A stretch of 41,612 bases of DNA from Snowella sp. (GTDB taxonomy: Bacteria; Cyanobacteriota; Cyanobacteriia; Cyanobacteriales; Microcystaceae), in the NCBI GenBank assembly GCA_035285545.1, contig JAYKGY010000087.1:1-41612 (forward strand). Direction: 5' to 3'. Position numbers and translations under genes: made by a program. Positions 40,720-41,612 of this stretch are shown in pieces. Each line of letters starts with the position of its first letter. The first letter of the stretch is position 1. The notes under the pieces were generated by a model. It was not told the origin of the DNA and ran no database searches. It saw nothing but the letters and a program-made list of their open reading frames with translations.

Positions 40720-41538
40720 ATGGCACAGTTTAATTATCAACCCCCTGTTTCCGAACTCTTAACCTGTGGGGCTATCAAGCATGGTTCAGATTGGCGAAAT
40801 TATACTCAAGAATTTAAGCTAACTTTAGACGATATTCCTGAATTACTCCGTTTAGCGACTGATCCCATTGTCAATAGTTGGGATTCCGAGTCTGTAGAGA
40901 TCTGGGGGCCTACCCATGCTTGGCGTGCTTTGTCGCAATTTGGAACAGCCGCTTTACACGCTATTCAGCCTTTATTTAAATTACTAATTGATTCTCCTGA
41001 AGATGATTATCTAGCAGATGATTTATCTACTGTTTTGGCTAATATTGGCCCGTTGACGATTCCAGAAATTAAGACCTTTGTAGAAACTTGCCCCCAAAAT
41101 GAGTACCGTCCTATTTGGGTTGCCATTGAAGGCTTAGAAAAGATAGCTGAACGATATCCCGAATCGCGATCGCTGATTTTCGATATTGCAATGGAACAGT
41201 TAGCCCAGTATCGTCATCATGATTCGGGCACAAATGGATTTTTGATAGGTCTCCTTTGTCAGTTGGAAAATCCTGACGCTTTGCCTTTAATGGAAAAAGT
41301 TTTCTTTGAAGGGAAAATCGATACCGATGTGGTCAGTTGGGAAGATATTCAGATTGCTTTTGATATTACTCAGCCTGCTCCGAGTTCAGGTAACCTGCGG
41401 GAATTTCTTAAATTTCAACCGACGGAACGTGCTAAACCGAAAGGCTTTGGTGGCCAATCTTCTCAATCCAATAAATCTAAATCTAATAGGAGTTACGCAT
41501 TGACAAAATTAAAATATAAGAGTAGCAGAAAAATCTAA
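40720..41538 (+). CDS. DUF1186-like helical-repeat hypothetical protein
   Basis: YQPPVSELL, IPELLRLA, WGPTHAWRAL.Q, NGFLI and KGFG pattern; the C-terminus may derive from an inserted element. Confidence 0.6.
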   Translation: MAQFNYQPPVSELLTCGAIKHGSDWRNYTQEFKLTLDDIPELLRLATDPIVNSWDSESVEIWGPTHAWRALSQFGTAALHAIQPLFKLLIDSPEDDYLADDLSTVLANIGPLTIPEIKTFVETCPQNEYRPIWVAIEGLEKIAERYPESRSLIFDIAMEQLAQYRHHDSGTNGFLIGLLCQLENPDALPLMEKVFFEGKIDTDVVSWEDIQIAFDITQPAPSSGNLREFLKFQPTERAKPKGFGGQSSQSNKSKSNRSYALTKLKYKSSRKI

Positions 41539-41612
41539 AGTAGCAAATCAGTGGCAAGAAAACCGTCAAAGCCTTCAACTGCCAAATGTGATTGTAATCA
41601 GTACACATTATT
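41488..41612. mobile_element. Possible terminus of a cyanobacterial IS/MITE continuing beyond the window
   Basis: AGGAGTTACGCATTGACA resembles the recurrent cyanobacterial element end AGGA(C/G)TTACGCA (from recall, not verified); no transposase in the window. Confidence 0.35.

Noticed and set aside
7358..41503. Numerous 60-130 aa ORFs overlapping larger genes in the ORF track
   Set aside because: They are antisense or off-frame shadows of well-supported genes with no recognisable motifs.

Overview
Chromosomal window from a unicellular cyanobacterium. It has dense HIP1 GCGATCGC octamers, and SigA, CugP, Zur and a stand-alone CcmO closely resemble the Synechocystis-type proteins. Most of it is housekeeping: 5' part of sigA, purQ/purS, zur, CocE/NonD hydrolase, B12-binding radical SAM, amt, cysC, TPP-dependent 2-oxoacid decarboxylase, orphan amino-acid-binding protein, cugP, U32-family hydroxylase, GT9, PAS-GGDEF-EAL protein, pstSCAB with a Pho box, ccmO, topA, DCC/DUF393, DprA-like, DUF58, CRR6 and cysS. 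Small accessory insertions are interspersed. (1) An antitoxin-PIN toxin-Uma2 block is bracketed by two copies of the same 5'UTR plus first five codons (MKAIQ), and the second copy is the start of the U32 gene. (2) An AT-rich ABC-type ATPase plus putative nuclease pair abuts a cysS that has an unusual insertion. (3) A class 3 lipase is broken by a 4-bp duplication. (4) A membrane-anchored coiled-coil protein carries 8x33-bp repeats. (5) There is a possible IS end at the right edge. No rRNA, tRNA, CRISPR array, integrase or transposase ORF was seen. All family assignments come from motif recognition and recall, not database searches.
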